Position numbers and translations under genes: made by a program
The notes under the pieces: generated by a model
Told to the model about the DNA's origin: nothing
Databases searched by the model: none
The model's input: only the letters and a program-made list of their open reading frames with translations
Shown here: piece by piece, positions 62,181 through 64,000 of the stretch
Layout: the number at the start of each line of letters is the position of its first letter
How positions within the stretch are numbered: position 1 is the first letter of the stretch
Assembly (NCBI RefSeq): GCF_046296635.1
Contig: NZ_JBKBKZ010000018.1
Location: forward strand, 16,977 to 80,976
Source of the DNA: Algoriphagus sp.
Lineage (GTDB): Bacteria; Bacteroidota; Bacteroidia; Cytophagales; Cyclobacteriaceae
Reading direction: 5' to 3'
Length of the DNA stretch: 64,000 nucleotides

Positions 62181-62981
62181 ATGTCAAATTTGAGTACCCG
62201 AGCCGAGCAACTCGCAGCTTTCGATAGATTGTTGACTATTATGGATGAGCTTCGTGCTAAGTGTCCATGGGACAAAAAGCAGACCACAGAGAGCTTGAGG
62301 CATTTGACGATCGAAGAAACTTTCGAACTTTCAGATGCGATTCTGGAAGGAAATCCTGAAGAAATAAAAAAGGAACTGGGAGATATTTTGCTCCACATCG
62401 TGTTTTATGCCAAAATTGGTTCCGAAGAAGGCACTTTCGATATGGCGACTTTAATTCACACACTTTGTGAAAAATTAATCCGTCGGCATCCTCATATTTA
62501 TGGTGATGTGGAAGCAAACGATGCTGAAACCGTGAGTCAAAATTGGGAGAAAATCAAGTTGAAAGAAAAAGGAAACGTGTCTGTCTTGGGTGGAGTGCCC
62601 AAGTCATTGCCAGCCTTGATTAAAGCCATGAGAATCCAGGAAAAAGCCCGTGGCGTTGGATTCGATTGGGAAGAAAAGCATCAGGTTTGGGAAAAAGTAG
62701 AAGAAGAGATGCAGGAATTCAAAGCAGAATTTAATGTACTAAATGATTCAGAAATCGATAAAGAGAAAGCTACGGCTGAATTTGGGGATTTGCTTTTCTC
62801 ACTGATCAACTATGCCAGATTCATCGAAATAGACCCAGAAGAAGCCCTGGAACGAACAAATCTAAAATTCATCAAGCGCTTTCAATACCTTGAAAATGCT
62901 GCAAAATCAGCAGGAAAAAACCTGAGTGAAATGACCCTCGCTGAAATGGATGTGTATTGGAATGAAGCAAAGATGAAGTAG
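62181..62981 (+). CDS. mazG: Nucleoside triphosphate pyrophosphohydrolase MazG
   Basis: Two MazG domains (CPWDKKQT...TIEETFEL...ELGDILLH and EFGDLLFSLINYAR). ATG at 62181. Confidence 0.9.
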   Translation: MSNLSTRAEQLAAFDRLLTIMDELRAKCPWDKKQTTESLRHLTIEETFELSDAILEGNPEEIKKELGDILLHIVFYAKIGSEEGTFDMATLIHTLCEKLIRRHPHIYGDVEANDAETVSQNWEKIKLKEKGNVSVLGGVPKSLPALIKAMRIQEKARGVGFDWEEKHQVWEKVEEEMQEFKAEFNVLNDSEIDKEKATAEFGDLLFSLINYARFIEIDPEEALERTNLKFIKRFQYLENAAKSAGKNLSEMTLAEMDVYWNEAKMK

Positions 62982-62989
62982 GCAGTTTG

Positions 62990-63139
62990 CAGTGATCAGT
63001 GGTCAGTCACAGTTGGCAGAAAGTCAGAAGGCTGAAGTCAGAAAGCTAAAAGAGGTAACTCAGTATTTCGGGAAGTTTCAGTGATCAGTAATCAGTCACA
63101 GTTTGCAGAAATAAGTCAGAAGGCTGAAGTCAGAAATCT
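62990..63139. repeat. Tandem repeat with ~89-bp period (two copies, about 90 percent identical over ~60 nt)
   Basis: CAGTGATCAGT..TCAGTCACAGTT.GCAGAAA...AAGTCAGAAGGCTGAAGTCAGAAA at 62990-63047 and 63079-63139. A 24-nt exact core lies at 63021-63044 and 63113-63136. Confidence 0.85.
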
Positions 63140-63241
63140 GAAATAACAATTATCAATGACCAATTTCCAATTATCAATGATCACTGGTCAATAATCAATT
63201 ACCATTTACTCTTTACAATTAACAACTCAATTTTACCAAAC

Positions 63242-63622
63242 ATGCCCATCCAAATAATCTTCACCCCCGAAGCACCAGCACCGATTGGTCCTTATTCCCA
63301 AGCGGTTTTGGCGGGAAATACGCTGTACATCTCAGGTCAAATTGCCTTGGATCCCGAGACAGGCGAATTGATTAATGAAAACATAACAGAAGAGACGCAT
63401 GCAGTGATGAAAAATATGGAGGCAGTACTACGTGCAGCTGGTTTTTCTTTTGCAGATGTGGTCAAATGCACCATTTTTATCCTCGATATGGGGCAATTTG
63501 GCACCATCAATGAAGCTTATGGACAGTACTTTAAGTTAAACCCTCCGGCCAGAGAAACAGTTGAGATAAGTAGGCTTCCAAAAAATGTGAATGTTGAAAT
63601 CTCCTGTATTGCAGTGAAATGA
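63242..63622 (+). CDS. ridA: RidA family reactive-intermediate deaminase
   Basis: 126 aa with PIGPYSQAV..GNTLYISGQIALDPETGEL and PARETVEISRLP. Confidence 0.9.
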   Translation: MPIQIIFTPEAPAPIGPYSQAVLAGNTLYISGQIALDPETGELINENITEETHAVMKNMEAVLRAAGFSFADVVKCTIFILDMGQFGTINEAYGQYFKLNPPARETVEISRLPKNVNVEISCIAVK

Positions 63623-63713
63623 CCAAAAAAATTATTTCATCAAAGGGAATTATTATCTAGGGCATTCCATCTGACTACTTAAAATCAAATTATAAACAGA
63701 TGAAATAACAATT

Positions 63714-64000
63714 TTGAATCTTCTTCCCTACCATAGCGAAACACTTGTCAGCGCCCTTTCCAAAAAGGAAATATTGGGTCACTTGATCCGTGTGACTCGA
63801 GAAGTAAATTTTTTGGATCCCAGGACTCAACAAAATTCCAAGATCAAATTCAATGGTATGATTGGGCAAGAAGGATTTAGAATATCCAAAGCCATCAATA
63901 GAGGAGACACCTTTTTACCTTTGATCACAGGAGAAGTGGAGTCCACTCCTAGAGGAAGTATCATTTTCATGCGCTATAGGCTATTTCCCGGAGCTGTTTT
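63714..64000 (+). CDS. Hypothetical protein, 3' end outside the window
   Basis: The frame is open from the TTG at 63714 to the window edge (LNLLPYHSETLVSALSKKEILGHL...). The start is uncertain and no motif was recognised. Confidence 0.3.
   Translation, partial: MNLLPYHSETLVSALSKKEILGHLIRVTREVNFLDPRTQQNSKIKFNGMIGQEGFRISKAINRGDTFLPLITGEVESTPRGSIIFMRYRLFPGAV

Noticed and set aside
62990-63180. I considered whether the tandem repeats could be a CRISPR array or a replication origin with DnaA boxes.
   Set aside because: There are only two diverged copies with no unique spacers and no cas genes. The ATTATCAATGA units do not match the TTATCCACA DnaA box.

Overview
The window reads as a chromosomal segment from a Bacteroidota genome, probably Cytophagales or Cyclobacteriaceae-like. 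Evidence for that: a SusC/SusD pair, a T9SS C-terminal sorting domain, a fused SecDF, the panC / short glgA-like / DUF4270 / glmS arrangement, and TAnnTTTG -7 promoter boxes. Both strands are densely coding and mostly housekeeping: purK/purE, glyQS, secDF, udk, rdgB, panC/panD, glmS, prfA, glmM, mazG and ridA. I found no rRNA, tRNA, CRISPR array, transposase or integrase. The less ordinary parts are: (1) a SusC/SusD locus (43.3-56.0 kb) with no recognisable glycoside hydrolase, carrying instead a VCBS/ASPIC protein, an FGE-like protein, a Tat-exported Gfo/Idh/MocA oxidoreductase, a Tat-exported xylose-isomerase-like TIM-barrel protein and a BNR/Ycf48-like propeller; (2) an ArsR-headed five-gene operon (4.4-6.9 kb) with a CxxC thioredoxin-like protein, a rhodanese ending in three vicinal Cys pairs, a small membrane protein and a DUF318/ArsP-like permease, plus matching TTCGT-N6-ACGAA palindromes; (3) a class II Fic gene whose start codon sits inside the last of three phased inverted repeats; (4) a four-gene operon of a CPPYC-tailed protein, a polytopic membrane protein, a histidine kinase and a NarL-type regulator; (5) a stand-alone HisA-like gene with Trp at the first catalytic Asp position; (6) a PcrB/GGGPS-type ether-lipid prenyltransferase translationally coupled to two small membrane proteins; (7) a RelE-like toxin-antitoxin islet between glmS and prfA; (8) several tandem or dispersed intergenic repeats. 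Every functional call comes from reading the translated motifs by eye. No database search was run.
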